Assembly (NCBI GenBank): GCA_030390025.1
Contig: CM059432.1
Location: 85,562,001-85,626,000, forward strand
Origin: Squalus acanthias
Taxonomy: Eukaryota
Length of the DNA: 64,000 bases
Direction of reading: 5' to 3'
Shown in pieces: positions 25,483 to 38,845 of the stretch. Each line of letters begins with the position of its first letter. Position 1 is the first letter of the stretch. The notes beneath the pieces are model-generated. The model had not been told where the DNA came from, made no database searches, and saw only the letters and a program-made list of their open reading frames with translations. Position numbers and translations under genes: made by a program.

Positions 25483-26778
25483 CTCTTCCTTCTCTTCTTA
25501 GGCAGTCCCTCAGAACCGAGGATGACTGCTTCCACACTAAAAATGAGTCCTCAGGTGACTGATGAGTCCAATGCGGGACTTACAGTCTCTGTCACAGGTG
25601 GGGCAGACGGTGGTTGAAGGGGCGGGTGGGTGGGGTGCTTGGGTTAACGTGCACTCCTTCCGCTGTTTGCGCTTGGCTTCCACTTGCTCCCGGCGAAGAG
25701 ACTTGAGGTGTTCGGCGCCTTCCCGGATGCTTCTCCTCCACTTTGTGCGGTCTTGCGCCAGGAATTCCCAGGTGTCAGTGGGGATGTTGCACTTTTTCAA
25801 GGAGGCTTTGAGGGTGTCCTTGAAGTGTTTCCTCTGCCCACCTGGGGCTCTCTTGCCGTGTCGGAGATCCAAGTAGAGCGCTTGTTTTGGGAGTCTCGTA
25901 TCAGGCATGCAGACGATGTGGCCCGTCCATCAGAGCTGATCGAGCGTGGTCAAAGCTTCGATGCTGGGGATGTTGGCCTGAGCGAAAACACTGACGTTGG
26001 TGCGCCTATCCTGCCAATGGATTTGCAGGATCTTGCGGAGGCAGCGTTGGTGATACCTCTCCAGTGCTTTGAGGTGCCTGCTGTACATGGTCCATGTCTC
26101 TGAAGCATGCAGGAGGGCGGGTATCACTACTGCTCTGTAGACCATGAGCTTGGTGCCGGGTTTGAGGTCCCGGTCTTCAAACACTCTCTTCCTCAGGTGA
26201 CCGAAGGCTGCACTGGCATACTGAAGGCGGTGTTGGACTTCGTCATCGACGTTTGCCCTTGTTGACAGTAGGCTCCTGAGGTATGGAAAGTGGTCCACGT
26301 TGTCCAAGGCCTCGCATTGGATTTTGATAATCGGGGAGCAGTACTGTGTGGCGGGGGCAGGTTGGTGGAGGACCTTTGTCTGACGGATGTTTAGTGTAAG
26401 GCCCATGCTCTCATACGCTTCAGTGAAGGTGTTGACGATGGTTTGGAGTTCGACCTCAGAGTGTGCGCAAACGCAAGCGTCGTCTGCATACTGTAATTCG
26501 ACAACAGAGGATGGGACGACCTTGGATCATGACTGGAAGCGATGGAGGTTGAACAGTTTCCCGTTTGTTCTGTAGATTAGCTCCACTCCAGCGGGGAGCT
26601 TGCTGAGGGTGAGATGGAGCATTGCAGCCAGGAAGATCGAGAAGAGCGTTGGTGCGATGACACAGCCTTGCTTGACCCCGGTCCGTACGTGAATTGGGTC
26701 TGTGGTGGATCCGTTGGTCAGGATCACGGCTTGCATGTCGTCGTGAAGCAGGCGGAGGATGGTGACAAACCAGTGACC
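25483..26778 (-). mobile_element. 5'-truncated RTE-clade LINE
   Basis: TGVKQGCVIAPTLF, QYADD, RLPKQALY, C-terminal CPTCDRDCKSRIGLISHLRTH zinc finger; AAG-rich tail. Confidence 0.9.
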
Positions 26779-27100
26779 GGTTAGGGGAACAGTTTTAAGT
26801 TGTATCTCAATTGACATGTAGTCAGTTTAAAGCAGACAAGATAGTGTACTGCAGTATCAATATAAGTTGATAATCTGATACTAATATTTGTTTGAAAGTT
26901 CTCTGTATTTTAAAAACAAATTTTGAGATTGTCTTGTGTGCTGCAGAACTGTGAGCTGTGATGCGATGAAGTCACGGAATTATACTCACAAAGCTGAGAT
27001 GACTTCCTTGTACATAAAAGTTGCTTATCTTTTAAATGCTGCTGTCTGTTAAATCGTTCTCCCATAGTGCTCTGAAATCAAATAGCTGCTTTTCAAACCT
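26779..27100 (+). repeat. 322-bp direct repeat, copy 2
   Basis: Matches 25161-25482. Confidence 0.95.
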
Positions 27101-28314
27101 AATTCTGATGCCACTGACCGCAAGTTGCTAATTGCTGAACAGCAGAACACATTGCTCTATTAAAGCGAATGAGTGTTCTTTTTGTAAAGGTTGCGCCTGG
27201 TTATTGGCAGACTGCGCCAAATTGGTCAGAAGTACTGTAATGATTTGAAATCAGGTCACGGTACGAATCATTTTAGGGTTAGTCATGAATCAGCTAATTA
27301 AAATACAACTTAAAAAGACTTTGTGAAAAGCTTTTGACATTATTATTGTATTCCATCCATAATGCAATAACAACATTTTTAGACTAATTGTATTAGAAAC
27401 AAATTGAAAATTTAAAAGAGAATTGCAGAATGCTCATCTGTATTTTGCCTTCTGATCTTCCTAAACAATGAAATCCGCAGGAAATTTTAAAGTAAATTGC
27501 CGTTCGCTAGATTGCCGCAAAAAACGGCGTAAATTGCAGTGTAATTTCTGCGTTAAGTGAGAAGCAGGAAATTCCGGGATCTTACAAAAAGGTTTACAAA
27601 TGATTATCTTTGTCAGTTTTCAGAATTACAATGTATCCTATTATCATTTTACTAAATCTTTGATCCAAAATACTTAAACAAACTCTACGATTTCTTATCC
27701 AAAATTATATTTCCAAACTAGGCAAAAATCCTACATAAAGACACAGCTGATTAAGTTCCATTGCTATTGAAAGCAATAGTTTTAAATATTTTTTAATTAA
27801 CTTGACAGCATAGAATCTCTGAACAACATCTAATACTACTGATGCTTTTAATATTGTTACTTTATCATTACTACCCACCGTACTTCCACCAGCTGCCGGC
27901 GGGTCCCATGGCGGCTGGTATTTTCAGATGGACAGCAGCCCTGCTGATGTCAACGCTCGGCAAAATTATGTAGATTATGCAGATCATGGCGTCAGTGAGT
28001 GTGCAATGCTCACTTGACACCCGATCTGCGAGTTTCGAATTAGCCGGTCCATTTACCGGCATGCCTTAAGTGCGCCGAGCTGAGCAAGCGTTAACAAGCA
28101 GGAAGGAGAATCCTGCAGCGTTATTTAAAGGGATCATCAGCAACAACTTGCAGCTGACGTTTCTGCAGTTTGACTGGCTTTGTGCAACTTTCTGCAATTC
28201 TAGCAGCTTTATTAACTTCTTTCAAGGTTCTACGGTAACAGGGAGTGTTGTTGCAAGTGCAGAATGCCTTCATTCTTATTTAAAGGCTTCTGCTCACAAC
28301 ACTTGCTGACAGTC

Positions 28315-29492
28315 ATGGGGGCTGTACTGGCAGTCCCGCTCGTGCTCGAGTATCTTAGGGAGAGGGAGCGGAGGCAGCGAAGAAGACGAGAAGATGCATG
28401 CAGAGGATGGAGGAGGAGGGCGAGGAGGGCTCTCAACAGGAGGCCTTACCCTCCTAATGTCTTTCGTGAGAACTTCTCTTATATCCACTTAAATAAGGAG
28501 CAGTGTATTAGAAGGCTCCGCCTCAATAAGGAGGTGGTCACAGAGCTCTGCCACCTCCTGCAATCAGACTTGCAGCCTGAGAGCAAGGCGAACACGGCTC
28601 ACCCAGTGGCAGTCAAGGTCACCTCAATTTCTTTGCCAGCGGATCCTTCCAGTCTGCAGCAGGAGACATAGCTAACATCTCACAGTTCGCCGTCCATCAC
28701 TGCATCTGGGAGTTCACTAAGGCTCTCTACACCAGGAGAAGGTACTACGTTTTCTTCTCTCTGAGCAGAGAGAAGCAGGACAAGAGCGCATGTGGCTTTG
28801 CGAGGATCGTGGACTTCCCCTTGGTGCAGGGCGCCATCAACTGCACCCACGTGGCTTTGCGGGTGCCGCATACCAGTCCTGAGATCTTCCGTAACCGCAA
28901 AGGCTACCACTCACTTAATGTGCAGTTGGTGTGCAACCACGCCCAGCTATTCCTGATGGTCAATGTCCACTATCCTGGCAGCAGCCATGATGCCTTCATC
29001 CTGCATCGGTCTGGTGTGCCAGAAATCTTCCAAACACCACATGAAACTTGAGGGTGGCTGCTCGGAGACAAGGGCTATCCGCTCTACACCTGGCTCATGA
29101 CTCCCCTCCGCAACCCCAACACTCGTGCCCAGCACTCATATAATGAGAGCCATGCTTCCACCAGGAACATCATCGAGCAGACCATCGGGCTACTGAAGCA
29201 ACGGTTCCGCTGCCTTGACTGCTCGGGAGAAGCCCTCCAGTAAATGCCGGAGCGGGTGTCTCATTTCATGGTGGTCTGCTACATGCTTCACAACTTGGCC
29301 ATCATGAGGACACAGCCCTTGCCAGCAGGGATTGCGGGACCACCTCAGAAGGAGGACGAGGGAGAGGAGGAGAAGGAGGAAGAGGAAGCTGAGCAAGAGG
29401 AAGAGGACAAAGATAAAGGGAGGAGGCAGGCAGCCAATCCCCCTTCCGGACAAGCTGTCCGTGAATGCCTCATCAGACACCGATTCCAATGA
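28315..29492 (+). pseudogene. HARBI1-type DDE transposase, frameshifted
   Basis: [71 protein letters not shown]; stops present. Confidence 0.9.
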
Positions 29493-29649
29493 ATGAAACC
29501 CCAGATCCCCGTTGCTCACCATACTCCATCCCTCTGTCATGGAATATCACAGCGTCCTCCTGGGCAGGAAACTGAATTGAGAGCCACCACAAAAGATTCC
29601 AAATAAAATTAATAAATTTATCAAAATCAATTGACACATACGTTATGAA

Positions 29650-31092
29650 CTAATCACCCTTGTGCAATCCCTTAGTACCTGTCACTCGGGTGCCCTTTCC
29701 TGATCTAATGCTCCTGTGAAGCGCTCCCCCAGTGGCTGCAGCATGGCTAGTGGAAGGCTGCTGAGTTTCCATGGGGGAGATTCAGATGGCCTTGCAGGAT
29801 GACCTCGAGCAGCTCTGGCCTTAGAAGGCCCGGCTGTAGACTGCACCACCTCGGCATGGGCGGCAGCAGTCTGGGCTGGCTGGCTGACAGGCAGTGGCAA
29901 GGGCAATGGTGGAGTGGCAGTGGTGGGAACAAGAATGCTGTCATCCTGAGAGAGGACAGCAGGGTTCTGTTCCACTGACCTACTGGCACTCCCCCGGAGC
30001 GGTGCCTCAGCATTCCTAACAATTTGTTGGCGCACAGATTGCTGGGCTGCTGTGACACCCTACAAGCCCTAGTCAACACTGGTAAACCCAGCCACAATGG
30101 CAGCAGTCTGAGCTTGGGTGGCATCAAGCTGAGACCGCATGACAGCGGTCTGAGCATGGGTGGCAGCGAGCTGAGACTTCATGGAAACGGTCTGCGCTTC
30201 CGCTGCAGCACTAAGACGTTGGGTCACTTCTGCCTGTGCTGCAATGGCAGCCGTGACATCGCCCATCACACGCAGCATCATGTCTGGGTCGACACGGTCT
30301 CTTCGGGAGTTTTCCATCTTTTTCAGCCTGAAAATCTTGTGCTCCAAGCTCTGCGCAAAGCCCCATGGAATGTTGGAGACGGACTCCTCCATGCTCCTTG
30401 ACATTGCCAAGAGGCTCTCTGGCAAGCTTGCCATTGCACCGAGCAATTCAGTGTGCATGGCCATCACTCTTCTTCTGAAGGCCGCCCCATCGAGGTCCTC
30501 ATCTGAGTCCTGTGCAGCAGAACTCACGTGCAAACTCGCCCTCCAGGGAGTTGGCCCCCGAGCTACCCTTTCGCCCGGCCTTGCTGCAGCCCACTCGTGC
30601 CCAGTACCTCACTTGTGCAGATCCCGCTTCTACACTAGCCTCTAAAGTACGCGCAGTGCCAGTTTCTGAGCTGGTTTCTGCAAGTGACGGAGTGATGCTG
30701 TGTCTTCTTTTTCTTCTCCCCCCTCGTTCTCCTGCATCGCCTCAGGGACAGGCTGCTCGGGTGCTTGTCCTTGAATGGCTGAAAGCAGAAAGGCACAAGA
30801 GTCGGGTTATGGTGAGGGAAGGGGGGGAAGCAAGATATGCATGCATACAGCATCAGCAGCTTGAAAGCGAGAACAGATTGTGGGATAAGGGGGAAGTGGG
30901 ATGTGAGAAGAAGGATTAGATATGAGCATACCGTTGTTGTTCCCAAAGTCTTCAACCTTGCCGGTTACCACGGCGTCCATGATCTCCAATGATCTCTAGC
31001 ACTCTCTCCTCCAGTTGGCTGAGGTCTTGGCTGGCAGCTTGCACCCTGCCTATCCGCTGCTGCTCCCTCCTGTTATGCGCAACCTTGCTCTG
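29650..31092 (-). pseudogene. Harbinger Myb-partner gene exons 2-3
   Basis: Homologous to 20887-22794 and 53280-54615 (HTELLGAMASLPESLLAMSRSMEES). Confidence 0.8.
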
Positions 31093-31420
31093 CAAGAGAA
31101 AGGGAAGTGTGTGAGTGAGTGTGGTGCAATGTACTTGGGTGATGTGCCTGCCATAGTTGAATAGCTGTCAGTGTGTGCAAGGTGTGAGATCACACATCTC
31201 ACACCTTGCACACAATGACAGCTATTCAACTATGGAATGCACAAGGGTCATTAGTTATTAGAATGAATGTGATATGTGTGATATGTTTATGCATAAATTT
31301 ATTAGTTTGCAATATTTTGTAGTCTCTCTCATTTCACCTTTGCATCCAGGAGGACGCTGTGATATGGCATGACACAGGGATGGTATGATGGGCATGTGGT
31401 GAGCAAAAGGGATCTGGGGT

Positions 31421-31698
31421 TTAAGTCATCCTGGTGTGAGGCTGGAGGTCTGTTTGGAGGACGTGGCAGAGTTCTGTGGCCACCACCTTGGTGATGTGGA
31501 GCCATCTAATACACTGCTCCTCGCTTAATTGAAGGTAGGAGAAGTGCTGTCGGAATATCCTCGGAGGGTAAGGCCTCCTGGTGAGAGCCCTGATGTCCCT
31601 CCTCATCCCTCTGTGCACATGTTCCCGTATTTCTGACTGCTTACGCTCCCTCCGCCGTAGATCCTGGAGGGCAAGGTGGCATGCCAGTACAACCCCCA
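31421..31698 (-). pseudogene. 5' fragment of a second HARBI1-type transposase
   Basis: MGVVLAC...RRPYPPRIFRQHFSYLQLSEEQCIRWLHITKVVATELCH. Confidence 0.85.
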
Positions 31699-32406
31699 TT
31701 AATGTTGCCAAATGTAGCAGTTTGAATCTTTGAACAATAAATGTAGTCACTTTGCACTTGCCAGAAGACTGCTGATAAAAAAGAAGCTTGAAATTACTCA
31801 TACAAACTCATTCACTGGGTGAAACTGACAAGAAACCACTGAAACTAACCTGCCCTGACAGCTGTGAGTAATTAATGCTAATGCCTTTAAATAATGTCGC
31901 TGGAGCCGGCTTCCTGCAGCTGTGCGCCAGCTCTCCCTGTCGCTGTCTGGTCGAGGTGCAAAGGTAATTGGCGACAATGAATTCTCCAGATCAGGCGCCA
32001 AGTGAGTGTTGCACGCTCGCTGACATCATGATCTGCCTGGCATTGAAGTCCCCGATGGCGCAACAGGGGTGGCGGATTTGCCTCGTCCGGCGCTACTGCA
32101 TCAGCGCCCCGTTACCGCCCTCTGCAGGCGCTAACCTACCGAATTTTTCCCCCTAAGAATCTGGCTTTAGCAGGAATTCTAGAAAACCGTAGTCACTTCA
32201 TGTCAGATATTCCTGTATTCCTACCATAGACATAAATAGAGATTTTAAAAACAACTTTTCTGAACTCCTTTGCACATATATGGGGCAAATACTGTACAAT
32301 TTTTGTTTCAGCTGAATAACAATACAGCAATATAAATCGATTGTATTCAAGCGCGCGTTCAGAGAGAAAATAAAACTATTTTGGTAATAGAATGAGACGG
32401 GAATAG

Positions 32407-32642
32407 TCACACTGAAAAGAACAGGTAGTTTTCTTTCACAGATAGTGGCCCCATGCCAATACCCACTCCAATTATTTTGGCTCGGAACTGGACTTCGATC
32501 TGTCCTGATTCCCACAGCAAAGGGCAAGACATCTCTTTTACACGCAACCTGCAGGCTTTGAAAGAATAGTCATCAAGGTTTGTTACCATATTCCCAGAAT
32601 GGTTCTGCAATTCTGCAAATAGCTGCACTTTCAATGACAAAT
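32407..32642 (-). other. Candidate host terminal coding exon (unidentified)
   Basis: Acceptor ttttgtcctag followed by 78 open codons to TGA in non-repeat sequence; no homologue recognised. Confidence 0.2.
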
Positions 32643-32909
32643 CTAGGACAAATTTTATTATTTATTTATCAAACAGGTACAGCCCGTAACTACATAACTG
32701 CAACCTTCCATTTTCAAGGTAGAAAATAACAACTGTTGACATATCACTGATAGAGATCGACAAGTTTGGACAACACTGGAGGAAGGGTACTTATTCATTA
32801 TAATTAAATCAGGCTGCTTTTTTACGCTTTGGCGTAGTCTAATTAGTTTGCCAGGAAATTTTAGCGTTAATTGATATCTGCAAAATCAGCTTCCAGCTGG
32901 CTGTAAATT

Positions 32910-35900
32910 GAAACATAGACACATAGAAGATAGGAGCAGGAGTAGGCCATTTGGCCACTCGAGCCTGATCCGCCATTTAATGAGATCATGGCTGATCATC
33001 CAAATTCAGTACCCTGTCCCTGCTTTCTCCCCATATCCCTTGATCCCTTTAGCCTTAAGAAATATATCTATCTCCTTCTTGAATATATTTAATGAATTGG
33101 CCTCAACTGCCTTGTGTGGTAGAGAATTCCACAGGATCACCACTCTCTGGGTGAAGAAATTCCTCCTCATCTCAGTCTTAAATGGCTTACCCCTTATCCT
33201 TAGACTGTGACCCCTGGTTCCGGACTCCCCCGCCATCGGGAACATCCTTCCTGCATCTAGTCTGTCTAGTCCTGTTAGAATGTTATAAGTTTCAATGAGA
33301 TCCCCTCTCATTCTTCTAAACTCTAGCGAATATAAGCCTAATCGACCCAATCTCTCCTCATACGTCATTCCTGCCATCCCAGGTATCAGTCTGGTGAATC
33401 TTGGCTGCACTCTCTCCATGGCAAGAACATCCTTCCTCAGATAAGGCGACCAAAACTGCACACAATACCCAAGGTGTGGTCTCACCAAGGTCCTGTACAA
33501 CTGCAGCAAGACATCCTTGCTCCTGCACTCGAATCCTCTCGCAAGAAGGCCAACATAACATTTGCCTTCTTAACCACCTGCTGCACCTGCATGCTTACCT
33601 TCAGCGACTGGTGCACAAGGACACCCAGGTCTCGTTGCACTTCCCCTTTTCCCAATCTATTGCCGTTCAGATAATAATCTGTCTTCCTGTTTTTGCCACC
33701 GAAGTGGATAACTTCGCATTTATCCACATTATACTGCATTTGCCATGCATCCGCCCAATCACCCAACCTGTCCAAATCATACTGGAGTTTCTCTGCATCC
33801 TCCTCACAGCACACACGCCCACCCAGCTTTGTGTCGTCTGCAAACTTGGAGATATTACATCTAGTTCCCTCGTCTAGATCATTAATATATATTGTGAATA
33901 GCTGGGGTCCCAGCACCGATCCCTGCGGTACCCCACTAGTCACTGCCTGCCACTCGGAAAAAGACCCGTTTATTCCAACTCTTTGCTTCCTGTCTGCCAA
34001 CCAGTTCTCTATCCAAGACAGTACCTTACCCCCAATCCCATGTGTTTTAACTTTGCATGCTAATCTCTTATGCGGGACCTTATCGAAAGCCTTCTCTGAA
34101 AGTCCAAATACACCACATCCACTGGTTCTCCCTTATCTATCCTACCAGTTACATCCTCAAAAAATTCCAGTAGATTAGTCAAGCATGATTTACCTTTTGT
34201 AAATCCATGTTGACTTTGTTCGATCCTGTCACTGTTTTCCAAGTGCTCTGCTATTACATCTTTTATAATGGACTCTAGCATTTTCCCCACTACCGATGTC
34301 AGGCTTACCGATCTATAATTCCCCGTTTTCTCTCTACCACCTTTTTTAAATAGTGGGGTTACATTAGCTATCCTCCAATCCATGGGAACTGTTCCAGAGT
34401 CTATAGAATTTTGGAAGATGACCCCAGCAATGCATCTACTATTTCTAGGGCCACCTCCTTAAGTACCCTAGGATGTAGATTATCAGGCCCTGGGGATTTA
34501 TTGGCCTTCAATCCCGTCAATTTCCCTAACACCATTTCCCTACAAATACTGATTTCATTTAATTCCTCCCTCTCATTAAACTCTATGTTCCCCGACATCT
34601 CTGGGAGGTTATTTGTGTCCTCCTTTGTGAAGACAGAACCAAAGTATGTATTTAATTGGTCTGCCATTTCTTTGTTCCCCATTATAAATTCCCCTGATTC
34701 TGACTGCAAGGGAGCTATGCTTGACTTCACCAATCTTTTTCTCTTCACATATCTATAGAAGCTTTTACAGTCAGTTTTTATGTTCACTGCAAGCTTACTC
34801 TCATAATCTATTTCCCCCCTCTTAATTAATCCCTTTGTCCTCCTTTGCTGAATCCTAAATTGCTCCCAATCCTCAGGTTTGCTGCTTTTTCTGGCCAAAT
34901 TATATGTACTCTCCTTGGATCTTACGCTATCCCTAATTTCACTTGTTAGCCACGGTTGAGTCACCTTTTTTGTTTTATTTTTATGCCAAACAGGGATGAA
35001 CAAATTCTGTAGTTCATCCATGCGATCTTTAAATGTCTGCCATTGCCTATCCACCGTCAACCCTTTAAGTAACGTTCCCCAATCCATCCTAGCTAACTCG
35101 TGCCTCATACCATCGTAGTTTCCTTTATTTAAATTCAGGACCCTAGTCTCTGAGTCAACTACTTCACTCTCCATCTTAATGAAGAATTCTATCATATTAT
35201 GATCGCTCCTCCCCAAGGGGCCTCGCACAACAAGATTGCTAATTAATCCTTTCCCATTACATAATACCCAGTCTAAGATGGCCTGATCGCTAGTTGGTTC
35301 CTCGACATATTAGTCCAGGAAACCATCCCGTTTTCACTCTAGGAATTCCTCCTCCACAGTATTGTTACTAATTTGGTTAGTCCAATCTATATGTAGATTA
35401 AAGTCACCCATGATAACTGTTGTGCCCTTATTGCACGCATCTCTAATTTCCCGTTTAATGCCATCCCCAACCTCAGCATTACTGTTTGGGGGTCTGTATA
35501 CAACTCCCACTAACGTTTTCTGCCCCTTGGTATTTCTCAGCTCTGCCCATACAGATTCCACATCATCAGAGCTAATATCCTTCCTTACTATTGTGTTAAT
35601 CTCTTTAACCAGCAATGCGACCCCACTTCCTTTTCCTTTTTTCCTGTCCTTCCTGAATATTGAATACCCCTGGATGTTGAATTCCCAATCTTGGTCACCC
35701 TGGAGCCATGTCTCCGTAATCCCAATTATATCATATCTGTTTACATCTATTTGTGCAGCTAATTCATCCACCTTATTACGAATGCTCCTCGCATTAAGAC
35801 ACAAAGCCTTCAGGCTTGATTTTTTAACACTCATAGTCCTTTTAGAATTATTATTTACTGTGGCCCTGTTTGATTTACACCCTTGATTTCTCTGCCTTCC

Positions 35901-37287
35901 ACTTTTGCTTTTCTCCTTCCTGTCTTTTATTTCTATCCTTGCTTCCCTTTCCTCTGTCTCCCTGCACAGGTTCCCAACCCCCTGCCATTTTAGTTTAAAC
36001 CCTCCCCAACAGCACTAGCAAACACTCCCCCTTGGACATCGGTTCCGGTCCCGCCCAGGTGCAAACCGTCCAGTTTGTACTGGTCCCACCTCCCCCAGAA
36101 TTGGTTCCAATGTCCCAGGAATTTGAATCCCTCCCCCTTGCACCATTCCTCTACCCACGTATTCATCTGAAATATCCTTCTATTTCTACTCTGACTAGCA
36201 CGTGGCACTGGTAGCAATCCTGAGATTACTACCTTTGAGGTCCAATTTTTTAATTTACCTCCTAACTCCCTATATTCAGCTTTTAGAACCTCATCCCGTT
36301 TTTTACCTATATCGTTGGTACCTATATGCACCATGACAACTGTCTGTTCACCCTCCCCCTCCAGAATACCCTGCAGCCGGCCCGAGACATCCTTGACCCT
36401 TGCACCAGGTTGGCAACATACCATCCTGGAGTCTCATTTGCGGCCACAGAAACGCCTATCTATTCCCCTTATAATAGAATCCCCTATCACTATAGCTCTC
36501 CCGCTCTTTTTCCTCCCGTCCTGTGCAGCAGGACCACCCATGGTGCCAGGAAGTTGGCTGCTGCTACCTTCCCCCGATAAGCCATCTCCCTCAACAATAT
36601 CCAAAGTGGTATATCTGTTTGAAAGGGGGATGGCCATAGGGGACCCCTGCACTACCTGCCTGCGCCTACTACTCTGCCTGGTGGTCACCCATTCCCTTCC
36701 TGCCTGTGCAGCCTTTACCTGCGGTGTGACCAACTCCCTAAACGTGCTATCCACGATGTCCTTAGCATCGTGAATGCTCCAGTATGTATCCATTCGCAGC
36801 TCCAGCGCCGCAATGCGGTCTGCCAGTAGCTGCAGCTGGATACACTTCCCGCACACATGATCGTCAGGGACACAGGAAGTGTCCCTGATTTCCCACATAG
36901 TGCAGGAGGAGCATGCCATGGGGCCGAGCTGTGCTGCCATGACTTACCCTTTAATTAATTCAAATTAAATTAAATCAAATCAATACCACTAATTACACTA
37001 CAATTAAATGATATACTCAAGGGCCCTTGTTTACTAGCACTCCCCGCTACACAACAGAGACCCTAGAAACTATAAACCACAAAAATTAAGTTTGGAAAAA
37101 AGCGAGAAAGAGAGAAATACTCATCAACCAATCACTTACCTGCTTTCTGGTGACGTCACACTTCAATTACTTTTTACTTCTCTCTGCTGCCACCGGTGAG
37201 TCTGGGCCGCTCTCTCTCCCCGCTCTTTAATTCCTCGCTCTCCGCGCTCAGTCTCCACCCAGGGCCGCTCTCGCTGCTGCCGCCGGT
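32910..37287 (-). mobile_element. Full-length CR1 LINE, inactivated
   Basis: GC-rich 5' UTR, ORF1 35990-36940, ORF2 (APE + RT) ~33006-35989 with frameshifts, 3' microsatellite tail. Confidence 0.95.
35990..36940 (-). pseudogene. CR1 ORF1 (Zn finger + SGNH esterase) with a premature TGA at 36434
   Basis: CxxC..CxxC, IGDSII, HIGTND, DGLHL; CGA in the intact copy at 60674 is TGA here. Confidence 0.92.
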
Positions 37288-38845
37288 CTTCATAACTTCC
37301 CAATTACGCCCCCCACAGGAAATTCCAATCTATTTTCTTATTAACTAAATAACATTTAGTGGTGAAATCTTTCAATGATGCCTCACGTCATTAATGGTGT
37401 CCTATTACACGCTTCTCTATTTACAATCCTGATATATTGTCTCACATGACAGTTTAACAAATGACAGTGGCCCTTTAATTGAATATCTAAAAATTCACTA
37501 TTTGTATTAGGTGCAATAAATAGAAACTCAATCAAAAAAAATTCCATGTAATCTGCTTATATTGACTGAATTATTTTAGCTGTTAACTTATTTATTCCTG
37601 GATTTTATCATTGTTGCAACTAAGCAGTGTTTAAAGAAGCATGTTGCAATACTTATTTAAATAATTTACTACATGGCAGCAAGATAAAATGAATAGTATG
37701 AAATCATTCACATTTTAGAAATCCTTCTATTGCAATTAAAAGTTTGCATATTCCATAGTGAACTCCTGATAAGTGAAGAGAGTTTTGGAAGGAATAGAAG
37801 ACTGTTTAACAAGTAAATGTTGCTATTCAGAGGGATTTGAGTGTCTTTGTACACGAATCACAGAAAGCTAACATGCAAGCAATTAGGAAGTCAAATGCTA
37901 TGTTACCTGTTAACTGCGGCCTGAAACTTAGTTCTACTTCCTTTCAGGCTTGTTGCAATGTTAGCTTATGGGAATGATGTTCTGGAGTGGCACAGAGAGC
38001 CACCCTCCTTACCACCAGTTGTACACCACCACCACTTTAAGCTTGGATGCTGGGCCACTCCATCACTTATCTGCAGACTCACAGCTGCACCTTTAGTTTC
38101 CATTCTCTTCATTTTTCTATTCCCCTTCAGCGTTGACGAAGGCTGCTAATAAATTGAGATGCTTTATGATCCTTTCCAATTTTTGTCTCCCTATTGCCCT
38201 TTAATTGTCCAAATTCCTTTAAATTCCACTTACATAAAATTTTCCATTTCCACCGTGAGTGTTTACCCTGCAACCATCCAAATCTGTATTTGAAGATAGG
38301 CAGGATTATGATATTGAGCTGGGCTGGTAAAATTGGGTGTAAATAGCACAATTCCACTCATGTCATGACAAAACCAATTTCTAACCATTCAAGTATAAAT
38401 TGCATCCACCCTAGTGACTCGTATCAGCTCCCTCAAATATACTCCCTGAAAATCCACAGGCCACTGATTCCTAATTCACCTGCAAATAATTGGTGCCCTT
38501 GCCACCAGGGGAGCATCTAGGGTACCAAAAACCCAAGCTGAAAGTTCCAGCGTAAGCGACCTAACTGGAGGCGGTGGGCCAGTTTTGGCTCCCCTATCCC
38601 GGAAAGATGTTGTAAATGCCTCCAGGTTTTATCTACATGTGCCATTGCGTCAATTGGTTAACCTGATCCCACCAGATAACTGCGCTGATCGTACATTAGG
38701 TCCCACTGAAGACCTGGGATGCAAGAACTCTGATGTACAAGGTCTCTCGCCACCCCTAGCCTTGTCTTCCCTTATTTTGATGCCCATGGTTGCAGTGGGC
38801 AGAAGCTTTGCCTCCTGTAGTCCACCCCAGAACCTTTGGTGGATT

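Larger units (their letters stand above)
27870..32153. mobile_element. Composite Harbinger: one copy fused to an inverted, deleted second copy
   Basis: Transposase on +, Myb exons on -, palindrome at 31151-31235, then Myb end on + and transposase 5' part on -; terminus gaatttttccccc followed by TAA; left TIR missing. Confidence 0.8.
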
